Assembly: GCF_964355755.1 (NCBI RefSeq)
Contig: NC_092673.1
Coordinates: 3,224,001-3,288,000, forward strand
DNA length: 64,000 nt
Direction of reading: 5' to 3'
Source: Antedon mediterranea
Taxonomy: Eukaryota > Animalia > Echinodermata
How positions within the stretch are numbered: the first letter of the stretch is position 1; every line of letters begins with the position of its first letter. A program made the position numbers and the translations under genes. The notes beneath the pieces were generated by a model. That model was not told the origin of the DNA. It was given only the letters and a program-made list of their open reading frames with translations, and made no database searches. Below, piece by piece: positions 10,942 to 25,900 of the stretch.

Positions 10942-13900
10942 TTACATATCTCCCTCTAGACTTTTAGATCGCTTCATTTTTGGAGATTTAAACCTGCGAA
11001 AGAATCGTTTCAACTTTTTGTGTCGCCCTACCTCTGAGTTTCTAGAAGATGTCGATCCTCCTGAACGTTTTGACAGCGCCTCCGTCGACTCATGATAGCT
11101 ACGCTGTTTCAATTGCGGGGACTGTCCAATTTGTCGTCTGGAGATGTTATCCATCGACGAATACATGCTACTGCTTCTAGGTCTTGCTCGATTACGTGAC
11201 GATCTATATCGAACTTCGTCCACACTTTCGTTATCAATATCTTCCTCGCTGCCGAATTGGTTAAAATCAATGTTGTTGTACGTAGGTGGAGGATAATAAG
11301 TATTGTTTGTTCTTTGTGTGGCAAAATGCATGTTAGGTTGGTTTGAATGTCTAGTATCGTATGGGGATTGCACTGTTCTATGTGGAGGTGGTAGGCCTGT
11401 TATGTTTTCTCTGCTAGTGTTCAAGGCCTTGTTGCTACCATAACGTGTTGAATAGCGAGGGCTCGGTTGGGGTGGCTCGGGTGCAAAATCAGGCTCAAAG
11501 TCCATGTCTGAATCGGTATCCACTTCCTGGTAATCTTCTTCATCTTGCGCACTTATTTGCAATTGTTCTTCAACTATTCTATTATCCAATGGTTCTGCAT
11601 TTTCCTTGATCACCACACCTTCATCAATTTCCTCTGAAAACGAAGATAACAAAATAAATCAAGAATATAATCAATAAAAAGGTTTCTGTTTACAAAGACA
11701 AATGAGCTTTGGATTTGAAATACAATTTAAAGGAAGAAAGGACCTCTATTTCCACCTTTTTACTGTACATATGTAAAGGGTTTCGCACCTGGTTCGATAC
11801 AGGTTCCGATCCAGCAAATCAAATCGAACATCAATGCTTTTGTTTTCACGTGGCATAGCCACGTGGTGCATTGTGAAAACGAAACATTGACGTTCGCTTT
11901 GATTTTCCGGCACCGGAGCGGAATCAAGCCGGAACAGGTATGAAAGACCCTCAAAAGTGTCATTGTAACCCATCATGGAGGTAAACTTTCATATTTCTCA
12001 CAAGTGACGAATCATGAATGAATCAATACTTTCACATTTTAACTGTCAATATCAATAACTTATAATATGAATAATTACTAAATTAGCCTTTCAATGTGTC
12101 TTAACCTTTACATTCAACTTTCATTCTATCTATCACTTAATAAGAAAAGTTCCACAAAATTTAGAAAAATACATCAAATCAACTCTCAAGATCATGGAAC
12201 CTTGTTAGTTGCTTAACATGTATTATAGAAAAAAATCACAGGTTCAATTCAGCCTACTGTACATGCAAGTTTGACTCGATTCTATAGTTGAACGAGTACA
12301 GTTGCAGGGGGGGGGGGGGACCCTGGGTGCAACAGTTGGCAAAAATTGAATTAATTTACAAAGTCGTGTCCAAATTTTGGTTCATTTACTACACTAAGCA
12401 AACATTTCATTCTTTAAAAGTTAGTTACAATAACAAATAAATTCTGTAGTGCTTCTGAAATGTTTGTTAATTTTGGTTTTTCTAGTTTGATGAATTTATT
12501 TTTTTCAAACATTAATCTTTTTAAGTCTCTATTTTTGATACTTCATATTATTTTTATGCATTGAATTTGCAAAATAAAAGTTTATATATATTTTTAGTCT
12601 GAATTAGCTAGTTGGATTTAATCCTTTACACATGCTATACGCCTTTTCTTGTGAACGTTATAGACGCTTTGTTTTGTCTATTTACCTTCTGGTTCTTCCT
12701 GTATCGTTCTGTCAATGATCACTTCCTTTTTATTTTCATCTTGATATCGGCGGATTTGATCAATTATGGTTGCTTGACCCTGTCAAAGAAAAACAAAGTG
12801 ATTAACTCGTAAACATTTTATTCATATTTTAGTTCATAATGCAAAGAAAAATGTCTTGAAATAAAGATATTTATTTTGGTACATCAACATTTCTATCATC
12901 TATACATTAAGGGGGAGGGGGTTGAATTTATTCAAAAATGGAAATTATGTGTATTAATTGCAATTGTATCCTCCGAGACCAATACTATGTTCCTTCTCCA
13001 GTGAAATTAGTGAGAAAAAAAACTTTCAAGATAATATAGCCTAAATAATTATTATTAGAATTGGGAAATTATTCGTCTATGTTGTGAATAACATATTGCT
13101 TGAAATACCTTCAATATAATGCAACGTTTCATATGATTATATATTACATTATAGGATGCTTTTAGAATATTGTACATTAGACAATGTCACAGTGATAATA
13201 GAGATGTTGATGTGTCTAACACTTTATGATAATGTATAACAAATGGGCGCTCACTACTCAAATTCACAGCATTCCACAAGGAAGGCGAAATGTATTAAGA
13301 AAATGCAATCTTAATGATGGTAGACCTTGATACAAATAGCATAACAGATACGGCAGCCAATCAAAACTGATGAAAACCATTGTGATTCAAAATCATTTTA
13401 AACTTTAGGATTGCAGAGATGTATACTGTACATAGATAGTCATTTTATGGATGGATGATAATAGGATATGATGCACGCACAAAATCCCTTTCCATCATCC
13501 TCTTGGGTAACAACTGTAGTAGTACCTAGTATTGATTCTATTATTGGAGCTGTTTATATTATATATTGTAGTACCTCTTTGATTTTATTTTTGGAAACTG
13601 TATTATGCAGTATGAAATAAAATGATTTAATACTATTCTTTCAGCAGTTAAACCAGAATCTACAGGCAGTAGTTACCAATTGCATAAACACATCCAAATT
13701 TAGAGGGAAATTAAGAATGTCAGATATTGCAATTCTGGCTAAAATACCGCATTAAAGACTAGATCATTGTCTGCTGTATGCAGAACACAGTACTGACATA
13801 CAGACCAATATTTTGTCTACACTACATGTTATAGAGCAATCCAGTGAATTCAAATGTTTGTCAAATAGGGAGATGATGATGTCAAATAAAGTATTTGAAT

Positions 13901-16900
13901 GTCTATGTCAGTTCCCTCCCACTGGGAATAGATACATAATATTCATTGACTTCAATGATACGACATTATTCAGTTAAATATTTGTTATCTACAGTATTTT
14001 TGTTTGTTTTGAATATGTTATGGAAAAGAAATGAAATAATTGTTTAATTAATTTGAAACGATAAAAATGAGGAAATCGTTGAGAGTGAGAAAAAGCCCCA
14101 ACCAAGATTTGAACCCGGAATGTTCTAACAATTAGACCACTGGGGCTTTCATAGTATTGTTCAAACCCGATTGGATACAGTGGAATAGAACAGCACTTGT
14201 CCCTCAATTGCATGAATGTGCACCAGAGATCAAATTTATAAAAATTTGCAGGCACACAGAAACTCCGGAAATTAATTAATTCATAAATGGTGAAGATGAA
14301 GACTATTAAACATTGTTTTATAATTTGTATTCTCACTAATTTTGAAATAAATGTTACTTATTATTACCAAATATGTATTGGTAGATTTATGAAATATTAA
14401 TAATCCAGCGATGCTAAACTATGCAATTCATAGAATGATGAGCTGTATATCATCACATTTACAAAGAAGGTATAGCAATATATCATATTAGGTTTATTAG
14501 TTAATGGTTTCCGATCTAGCCTTATACAGCATAAGTTACAGAGCACTCTCGCCTGTAGATCAAAAGCTGTCCGTTACAGTTAAACGTTAGAAGATGGTAC
14601 ATAACAGGTGAGCATATACCTGTTCTTCTTAATTAAATTACCAAGTTTTAACTGAATGTTATTGCCTAAAAGGAAACTTAAACCTGAACAGGGATTCCCC
14701 TGTCAACACTTTATATTCACCGTTCACATGCAAAATGCAAGTATGACTTTTTTTTTCTTGGAAGGTTCAGGAAAACCATTTTGATTCATGATTGATAAGA
14801 TAAAATGCAACATTTTCGCTGTACAGTAGTTAAACTCTTCAATTCAATTCAAAGTAACATTTATTTTCTTCAAAATAAAACAGTCAACAAAATGGTGTAA
14901 AGAAAGGTAATATGATTGAAGAAGGCATGATCAAAAAAGCAAAAAGCTTGTGACAGACATGCCTAAACAAAGATTAGATAAAAACAACACGGAAAAAGAA
15001 AATAAATAAATAAATAAATAAAATAAAAAAAATAAAAAGAAATAACAACATAAAAAATTTACATAACATGGGTTAAACTAAATAAGTAAAATAACAACAA
15101 CAAAAAACAATTTTGGTATAAATAAAGAATTGATTCGTCTTCTTCTTGTTACTCATCATTAAAATTATTATCATAAAATGTAATATAATAAAAATTAATA
15201 CTTGGATGTGATATATCTTTTAAGTTTAAATGAAAAGCTTTTCTTAGATACAGCAACTTTAATAATAATAATAATAAAATCTTGCCAATAGACTTTAATA
15301 TCTTTAATTGAAAACATACCTTATTTTGATTATGAAAACTAAGTAGAACATACAAATTATATGAAAATTGTTCAATTTGATTTAGGTAAAAATAGTGCAA
15401 AATCAAATAATTACATCTCATTTAATATTTAAAAAAAAGCAAGGATTAAGAAAATCTATTGCAAAATTAATCAGTCCAATTACGCTCTGTAAACTGAATT
15501 TTTTTTAAAGTTTTCCATGATCAATGCATGACAAAACTTTGGTTGAACAGACAACTTTTATGCAATGCCATGATAGTTTCTAAATTAACTTTTGTTTGCA
15601 TCTTTTATCAATGGTAATTAAACAAAATTGTGATTTTTTTTTAAAAGTAAGTCTGTATTTGGATTCATAATTATCTACTGAACTCGGGATAGATTTAATC
15701 AACTTAATTTTTTGCGTTTGAGTTCTGTCTGCAAATTATTAGCTGAACCAACCAGGTAAATATTCCTTCTCCAGGTCAGGCCAAATGTAACTGTCTAGAG
15801 ACGGCAACAATTATAGGATAATTCCTTAGTTAATGCCACTCTGGTGGTAGCATAGTATGCAAGTTCATTTTCGCATTTAAACCAGCCAAGTTAAAATTAA
15901 TTTCAGGTCAGTTTAAATTAGTAACAATGAAATAAAGATAGAGCTGCATGGGTACTCCAGACCACACCCAGGTGAATATGCTACGGTGCAGACAATAGAG
16001 TCTATTGTTTGAGGCCACTAGATGACTAGTTCAAATCATATTGTTTCTATCAGTTCCATGCTGTCTGAATTAAGAGACCTAACCCTGGTTAATGTGCTGC
16101 CATATGACTCAAAATTTCATGAACAATGCCACAACATTTTATGATTGCTCTATCTGAATTATCTGCCCGTCGAACCCACCTGAATACTACTTGCCAATTT
16201 CAGACTATCTTAAGCTCTGTCTACACTATCAAACTAGTTTGACAAAGTGTGATGTCCCCAAATATGGTAGTGATATGCTTAAATATGGTAGTGATATGAT
16301 ATCATAATGTTCAAATGTATGTTTATCATCTAAATTAACAAGCAAACATTTTATTTCATTAATCATCAACACATACTGTTACACATCAACATCCCTTTGA
16401 TCAACCACTCGACACCAAACTACCGTCAACAACGTAAACTAATCGTTTGACCCTGTTTCAATCAATTTCCTTCCACAGGTATTGCTAACAATTTTTGTCA
16501 AATCAGCATGAATTCATTTTTATTATCTAGTAGCCACTGTTTTGGAATGCTTTTTCATAGTATGTGGTCTCAACCTAATCAAATTGACATTAATATTTGA
16601 GATATATTCAAATTCTATTTTGATTTTCCAGCAGTAATCAATGTATTGTACTATATTATTGCAAAACTTTATTTAAATGTGAATAGATTCACATAGATTA
16701 AAGTTTGGTTCATCTTTATTGCTGATAAGTTGTTCTATTTATGTCTCTATAGATATTCGTTTATTAAATTGATTTAAAAAGGATAAATTTACAATTTTTT
16801 TTACTAACTATGCTCTCTACAAACTCATTCATACAATATAAAAACAAATCTTGATTTCAATAATAAATATTTATTTCAATTTTGCGTCAGCATATCATGC

Positions 16901-19900
16901 TCTAGTACTTTGGCATTACATAATAGTGTAGGAATTCTCATAAGCACCACACACACACATTAATAATACTGTTTTGAGAAGATATTACAAAAATATAACT
17001 AGTACAATTTAAATTGCAAATATAAATATGGAACTTCATAGCTCTATAATGTTCAAATATTAGGCATTTGTGTATTAGTACTGGTCCAAAAATGTGTTTT
17101 TATTCACTAAATGTACAGTTTATTTCTTCATTATAACTACGCAGTATTTTGAATACATCTAAGAAGTTCAGGGAATTGCGGTATGAACGCTGATAAGATC
17201 TGGTAACCAATTAGTGTTGTAAATGAAATAAACCAAATTCTTTCACATCTACTTTATGTCTTTAGTGTTGATGAACTTTGAAGTTTACTGTATTTCACCA
17301 TTACTTGTTCTGTAAATAAAAGCCAATTTAAAGATGATGACAACGGGCAATGAACTCGCAACATTCACATGACCACCATTGGCCAATCAGACACCTAGAT
17401 ACAGTACACATTTTCCTACCTGGAACTTACAATATATAACTTACATTATTATAAATACCTGACTAATGTTTCTATACTATTATTTTATTATGTAAACATT
17501 GCATGTTTTTCCGTTCCATCATGAAATTTCTTCTTGGCAAACTATGTAAGATCTGGCATTTTTCAATTCCCTTTCCCAGACAAATTTGTCGACAATTCCC
17601 TGGCACAAATTTGTCAGTAAATGCTTCATGGTTTCTTTTTCTTATACACAGGCATTATGCTTGTAACTCTGCCTGTAATATATATTAAATTAATGCTGTA
17701 ATAAGCAACACACAAAAGGATCAGTACTATATTGTGACGTAAACAAAAATCAACACTTCAACCGCAGTTCTACTGTACACAATAAAAATAAAATGGTTTT
17801 GTGAAGTCGATGTAAATGTATTGTAGGAAAATGGTTGCAATACTTCATATCTAATATAAACTGTATTATAGTAGGGGAACTTGGTGATTAACATGTTTGC
17901 CTTCCAATTCCAAGGTACATGGTTCGATCTTATCAGGGTTATAACTAACGAATCTCTCTATTCCAATCTCTCAGCTTTAAATGATCTTTAGTTTATAAGC
18001 TCAATAAATTAAAGTTTATTCATCCTGAATAGGCTGCTGCTGTTGGATATTGTAAGTATGAAAAGGAAAACAGGATGGTTCCACTAGGCTTTGAGAAATA
18101 TATCAGCTGATAAACGTGTTTTAAGGAAGTCCACCTGACAATGGTCAGCATACAGGGTCAAAAACCAAAACAGCACCTGTGTCATCCCTCATTTTCAATT
18201 AATCCAAGTAATTCCAACCAAATATAAACATATAATGAATGTTTCTGAGACTGTAGGGACAAACGTTACATGATTTGAAATGACAGGTATCATCATAAGA
18301 AAGTTTTTGTTGAATTCACATAATCTGTGAGTAACGGTCTGTCTACACTATCAAACTTTATGTGACAAAAAAATGTGCTCATATATGGACACGATGATAT
18401 CACATCACTAACATATTTGGGTATATCACTAACATATTTGGGTATATCACTACCATATTTGGGTACATCACTATCATATTTGGGCACATCACACTTTTTT
18501 GGTCAAACTAGTTCGAGAGTATAGACCGAGCTTAGTAAAAAATGTTATGGGCCAACTTGGCTACAACTAGATTTGAATCAACAACAAATGAAGTTATCTG
18601 CATGTGCAGCGAACATTATTAATTTAATATTATACATAGTTCTATCATAGATAATGTGCTATGAGTCTAATCCTATGACATTTCTAGTAACTGTGCCAAC
18701 AAAAAACTAAACATACTTTAGAATTATCTAAAATAAAGTTAGGCCTAGAGAAGACGACTTTATACCAATGATGTATAGTACGATGATTGTGAACTAATTT
18801 GTAATTTAAAATAATTGTTTCATCATCACATTACACCACAGCACGGTAACCTCATAACCTCATTTTAAAACAATAGAACTGATGTAAACCAATCTTTTAT
18901 TAACCAAGTAACCTTGTTAATCGTCACTGAAATTCTACATCTTGTACCGATTTTCTAAATTCGTTTCTTTTAGCTTTGTACGAGATATAATCATATTTTA
19001 GGATACAAACTCATTTTCACTTTCCAAAATTATCCACTTGTCTTTTCCGTCTAATTTATCAAAAACACCAGTGTACATATTTTCACATTCAGTTACATCC
19101 TACTTAAAATGGTATTATTTATATACTTATATATATAAATAAACACAATGGAAGGCAGTCACATACTCATGTGCTCACCATATATAGGCATGTGCTCACC
19201 ATATATGGGCATGTTCTCATCATATACTGTACAGGCACATGCTCACCATATACAGGCATGTGCTCACCAATACTGTATGTACAGTGTATTCACCATACTA
19301 TATCTTCAACATATATACAGGCATGTGTTCACCATATATAGGCATGTGTTCACCATATATAGGATCATACTCACCATAATAGAAAATTAAACTCAATATT
19401 TAAATGCAATGTTAACTGTGTACTGTTAGTAATAGTGAAAAGTTTTTGTAGATGAGAACATCCTAAACTCTAAGATAAATAAGCTTGGTTCCCACTAGGA
19501 TGTAACGCGAGGAAGTAGCACAGATCCATCTTGCCGTGACTGATCAAATTACTCTCCTTGCACTTACGTCCTTGCGTTATGTCCTAGTGGGAAACAAGCT
19601 TTATAAGCAGCTATTTTGACAACAGATAAATGTACAAAGGACACCAAACTCTTTTGAAAAAAGAAAATAATAGTTTCATGATGATGTCATATCACTACTA
19701 TATTTGAACACATCACACTTTTTTTGTCAAACTAGTTTGATAGTGAAGACAGAGCTTAATAGATTTTGGCTAAACAACATTATACGGCCTCACGACATCC
19801 TCGTCATCAGGAAAAGTGCTCATGAGAGGATCTAAATAAAGATAGGTTCTGTTGATAGATCCTTGCCTTCTAACTAATGAAATAACTAATTGAATGATTG

Positions 19901-22900
19901 AATAATTAATCACGATACATTAGTTACAACTTATTTCTTTGTCTTAAATGAACAACTTTACTTTCTTTTCCATCAGGAAGTTGATGATTTCAAAATCTAG
20001 TCAAATTAATTCTTAATGAAACAATCTGTATAATGACCTGAAACTGTAATCTCAACTAACAAATTTCAACATAATTTGAATCTTTTTCTGTCACAGATGT
20101 GTTTGTAATTGAATTTAGAGACTACAGACAACTCAAAACACAAATGTTTCCTTTTTATGGCCCATTAGTTAAAATTAGATTACTTATGGGGTAATAAACA
20201 ACATTTATTAAAAGGTTATGCTAGAGCGATTTATGACAGTGTCAAGAAAACATACAAAATGTGAACATTAGTACAAAGGGTTCTAATGTGAACATAAGTA
20301 CAAAGGGTTCTAATGTGAACACATGAATGAATGCTTTTCAGCGTGAACCTGTACACAGTGAATAGATTATTCCCCAGATCTACTGTTCTGCCTAGACCTT
20401 CATATAGGACGTTACGCCCTATAATCATCATAAAAATTATTCTGACTCCATGCACCTATCAATCCTTTTAATGATTATGCTACAATGCATACCGTATATC
20501 AACATGTTTAATAGTAGTATAACGAGATACGAGAAACTTTAAAAGACACACAGTAATTTTACTTGGACATCTTGTTATACTACTACAGTGAAAACAAATA
20601 TTTATTTAAGAACTTTAAGCACTCATACTCAAGGCTTAGGACCACTAACTTGCAGCATAGTAATTCATTATGTCATTCATGTCAAGCCTGTAAGCAGGCT
20701 ACAGTCAGTAAATGGGATGGTACGAACTTTAGCAATAATGAAAGGGTAGGATATCAAAATATAGCCAAATAATTCACCATAACCAGGAATCCATTAAATA
20801 GCAAAGAATATAATACATTTCTCTTATATCTATCAACGGTAAAATCTAGGAGAACCCTCAATCAATTGGAAAATCAAGTCGCATCAAAAGCCTATCAAAA
20901 TAACAACATGTGTTGGCTAAACATTATCCTATTTGCATCAATGTCGACGGATTCAATTTTATTACTCAATTCAATGTATGCATTTTCACAGCTGTGTTCA
21001 AACTATCAGAAAGTTGAAAGACAAGTCTCCCATGATAAATCTGCCAAATAAATTTAAACCCACGGGCAGTTTTTTTTAAAGAATAAAATGTGTACTGTAT
21101 TTACACATACACTAATATTACTTAATCATTCAGTATAGTGGCTGAACAATCATCCTGTATAATACAGTAGTGTTACAGTATTGATTTAAATCTTTGGAAT
21201 TAAAATTTCTGGTTTTATTGGTGCTACTGTATGTTTTGACCATACCTACTTAAAACAGAAAAAGGAGGTGTATTTAGGGCATGTATTGGGACTTGATGCC
21301 ATCTTTTTAAAAATTAAAATTACCTGTGAAAAAGTGGGAGAATATTAGGGAGGTTTCGCAACCTTACGAATACGATAACGAAAACGGATACGTCACACAT
21401 TTGTGAATCTTTTGAGCTGATCCCCATTTTATATTCGTAAAGCGTATTCGCGTTGACAAATATCACCAGTCATATTCGTAACTACATACAAAACAAGTAT
21501 AGTTTTTATCTATTTTGCACATTTTGCATTTGAATCAGGAATGATTTAGGATTATAATATAATTATATATTTATTGATTTATTTACAAAGCAACACTTTT
21601 TTACTGGCTTACAAAAACGAATACGTGTGCGTGACGTATCCGTTTTCGTTATCGTATTCGTAAGATTGCGAAACCTCTGTAATATAAAACAAAAAATTTC
21701 GAAAACTCCAACTAAATCTTAATTACTAATATTAAGGAATATTGTACAGAAATAAATTCAAATTTATGGAAAGACATAAAGTTCTATAATATGTCCTTGT
21801 ACTGTATAAAATTATACATTTATATTCTGATAGAACAATTGAAACAGGGAGAAATTCTAAGGAAATTGAAAATCAGGGAGAACATATTATATTCTTAGAG
21901 CCCTTGAGATGAACCAGAAATCCAAGAGACTCCAGGCAAAGTCTCACGAGGGTTCTGTATGCCAAGAGTTGTGACTGTCAGATCGCAACTTCCGATTACA
22001 CAAGCATTCAATGTTCTATCAACTTGTTCAAATTCGGATTTTGTAAACTACTAAATACTACTGTACTGTATGACAAACAGTCTCTTTAATTTAATTAAAA
22101 CATTACATCCTAATCTAAATCCTTGTCTACACTATCAAACTTTATGTGACAAAAAAATGTGATGTGCTCATATATGGACATGATGATGTCATATCACTAC
22201 CATATTTGGGCATATCACTACCATATTTAGGCACATCACACTTTTTTTGTCAAACTAGTTTAGGCAGAGCTTAATATGCCTGCAGTATCAAAGCTTAAAC
22301 AAATTAGGAAGAAAAAAAGAAATTAATCTGGCCTAAAGAAGGACGATAGATCTACAAACGCTTATTTCCGACAAGCATATTGGCAGCGTCGCTGTCCCCT
22401 TATTGTTGTAGACACAAATAATGTATCTTTGCCTGGCCTAGATGATGCCTAATGTCTTGAGTCAATGACGCTGCGAAGGGATTAATCACATTTATTACAT
22501 CCCATGAGTGTGCTTAGTCAGGGCCTCAGTCTGCTGCCGTGGGAAATGAACATCACAGTGATATTAATATTATAATTGAACTTACTAGCAAGTTTATTCA
22601 TAGCTACAGTATGCTATTATAGGCCCCATGCTTTAAAAAAACACAAGGCTAGTGTAGTTAAGTTTACTTCATACTTTGGTAATTGTGGAAGATGGCCCCA
22701 CATGATTATGACGTACAGAACTGTGTACATAGTCCAAACTATTGTAGTATTAAAGGGCTTTTCTCTATGTACTAAAGTTTACTTGTAGTAAGACTCCATA
22801 GCTTTACCAGCACAAAAAACTCACCTACTAAGATACAGTATCTTGGAGTGTTTTTAGTAGATACTGTATTACATCTATAACCAGCACTAAATTGAGCTGA

Positions 22901-25900
22901 TGATATGGTATATTGAGAAACCATCATAATACAGTACAGTTATTTATTTATGTTTATACTTTCCTAGTCACTTTCATCCACAGGTGCTCATCTAATTCCA
23001 TCAAACTCACCACCACTTATATTAAATGTTAGCAACCCGATATGAGTGATGAATATATAATAAATTCCCTGTAGGAGATATGTAACACACTGTACTTCAT
23101 TCTCTCTGCAGGAGAAGTGTAATAGAGCACTGGAAACGCCAAAGGCGGTTGTTATGTATACACTGGTTTATGTCAATAACTTTCTTGATTTAGATAGCTG
23201 TAGTCAACACATTTGTACCATGCAATACTATCACTGGGCTAGCCCATAGGTGCCCGGGACATTGACAGTCTCCTACTGTAGATGCAACATATCAGTATTC
23301 AGGAATGTGTCTACAAAAGTGGTGGAACTTGACCACTAAAATCTATGCAGGAAAAGTTCAGCTGAATGGAAACCGAAGCTACATGTACTGTATGTGTGGA
23401 TGCAATTCCAAATATCACAGCTTCTATCATCTTATACCCTTTTCACACTGCATAAATTGTTGTAACAAGTTTTAACCAGGTTTGATTTCCCCACTTATTA
23501 CACGTTTTCACACATGCCTACGCAAACCTTGTGAAATCTCGGTAGAATTTCCCCAAATTTGTATTCACACTTTGCAAACCTGGTTTGTTTGTTTGTTAGC
23601 AGGATTACTCAAAAAGTAATTACAAGATCTTTACCAAAATGAATATACAGATAGATATGTGGTCTGGGACCATTCCATTAAATTTTGGGACCATTTGGGA
23701 CTATGGTCCCAATTCTGGACAACTTTTTAGTATACTTTTCAGACATGCTAGTGTTAAAAGATACGACAGAAGTTTTCAAAAGGCGGCGAGCAGTCTTACA
23801 CTTTGCAAACTTGGACACAACTCGTTAAATTTTGCAGATGTGAAAAGGGTATAAAGAGTTCTTTTATATTGTGTAAACCACCTTAAAATGCAATAAAACC
23901 ATAAAAAAATGTAATAGTTATTGCTATGCATGAACACAAATTATCATTAGTTTTACCTTGACAGCTGACTTCATGACAACATTAGCAGCAATTTGAAGCC
24001 CATTTTGACTAACTTTACGAAATGCTTCATATCCCTTATCGCTAGCATGTGCTATATAGTCATCGATATCCTGAAATATCAATTTAAAAAGTTAATTTTC
24101 ATTTTCATAAGTTTTGCTGTTTGGTTTTGCAGATTACCCTCTATCTGACAGTAACTAATTTACTATTGGTAGTCCTTGGCCACATGTGCCTAATATAACT
24201 GCATCTAGCTGGCAGTACAGTACTGTAGGACTGGAGTGGTAAAGTCTACAAATTCCATTCAATCCAGTTTGCATCTAAAATGAAATATCTCTCTCTTGTC
24301 TTGAAACGTTTTCCGTCATTCCGACATTATGCTGTCCACGATTTGTTTCCATATTTTCCTGTTTTGGGCAGGATGGTTTGTTATTGTGCAAAAGTCTACA
24401 TTTTTTCCCTTTACATTTAAAAAAATTTGGTATATCCAAAATATAAATAACCTACTATTTACTATAGATGCAGACCTAGATGGAATGTAATGTTAATGAC
24501 AATATTAAACTGTTTATCACTAATGATATTATCCTGTAGTAGGCTATTAGAACACCTACACAGCTACTTAGGATATGACGTTCTCTTACATGCAACTACC
24601 ACAGCATGTAAACACCGACCACAAACAATACCAAATATTTTATATTAAATAATAATTCTTGTTAATTGTTCATACATAAAATCATTTCTTTTTTTGGTGT
24701 TTATTTCATAATTTTCATAGATAACATAGTTGAAAGTTGTACAGTAAATTCTCTGTACTACAGTAAAAAATAAATTTGTTTTTAATACTATACCTTCTCT
24801 TTCTTGCTTAGTGTAGGATGAATAAATTTTCTATACAGGTATGTGGCTCCTTTTGTCCAAGGCGAAATTAACCAGAAAATAAATAGAATTTTTGCCTCAT
24901 AATAAAAAGGAATACTGTGGGAAAACAGACAAAATTGGTTAATATTGACATTTTTTAGAAGCTGTACAGATATTATCTTCCTAAAAAATCAATTTTATCC
25001 ACTAATTTTTCAAAAAACTACTACAGCATTGTTGATATAAATTTTGCGGTACACCATAAATATTAGTTCTGAAAAGAACTGTTGAGTTTCTCCTCACTTT
25101 ATATCAACATTTGATTTCGCCATGCAAACCTTCAAACAATATATACTAAAGCATTGTTAAAACTATAAGTTATCGTCTTATTTTACTGACACAGAGACAG
25201 TTCATATTGTATCTATAGATAATAAACCGTACACTTGACTGTAGTACTTCTTCCGGAAAACCTTATTCAGAGGACACAACACACACCCCTACTGTATTAG
25301 GGGGGACTTCTTGGTTGATTCTTTGGGGAAGGTGTCTCCTTAATACTGTAGTAATAGTAGTAGTACAGTATGAATAATATAACTATAAATCATATTAATT
25401 TTCAGAGACATTTTCAATTGACCTAAAGTATCAAATCCCAAACTGAATTATTGAACTTTTCTGGAGTTCAATCATTTCAAGTGTTGTGTAATAGTTGGGA
25501 TAATTGAAGCTTTGAAATAAAGTCAGTGACTAATCACTTCATGTAATCCTTGGCTTCTGACTAAATGTTTTAAATAATGACATACAGCTTCCTTAACCAC
25601 TCTCATGCTTACTGTATAATACCTATTATTATGGTAAATAAAAACATTAACGTTAATGTTATATTATACAATCAAAATATAATTATGTAATGAGACAATT
25701 TAAACTACATAACAGTATATGAATTCAATATGATTGTTCTGTCTAATGTGCTTATATCCACAAATAATGTGGCAGCAATTTTTCCTGGATTATACAAATA
25801 ATAGGATACATATCTGGTTGAACTATTACATTTATATTTTTTTCCTTTTATTTAGAAAAAAGCTGTCAGTGCATGGACCAAATGATGTGTGGTCTCGCTC

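Noticed and set aside
18998-19099. Possible alternative terminal REEP exon on the minus strand ([18 protein letters not shown]...)
   Set aside because: Phase-compatible but poor polypyrimidine tract and no homology; insufficient support.
20563-21051. Short ORFs in REEP intron 5
   Set aside because: No recognisable motifs or splice-consistent structure.
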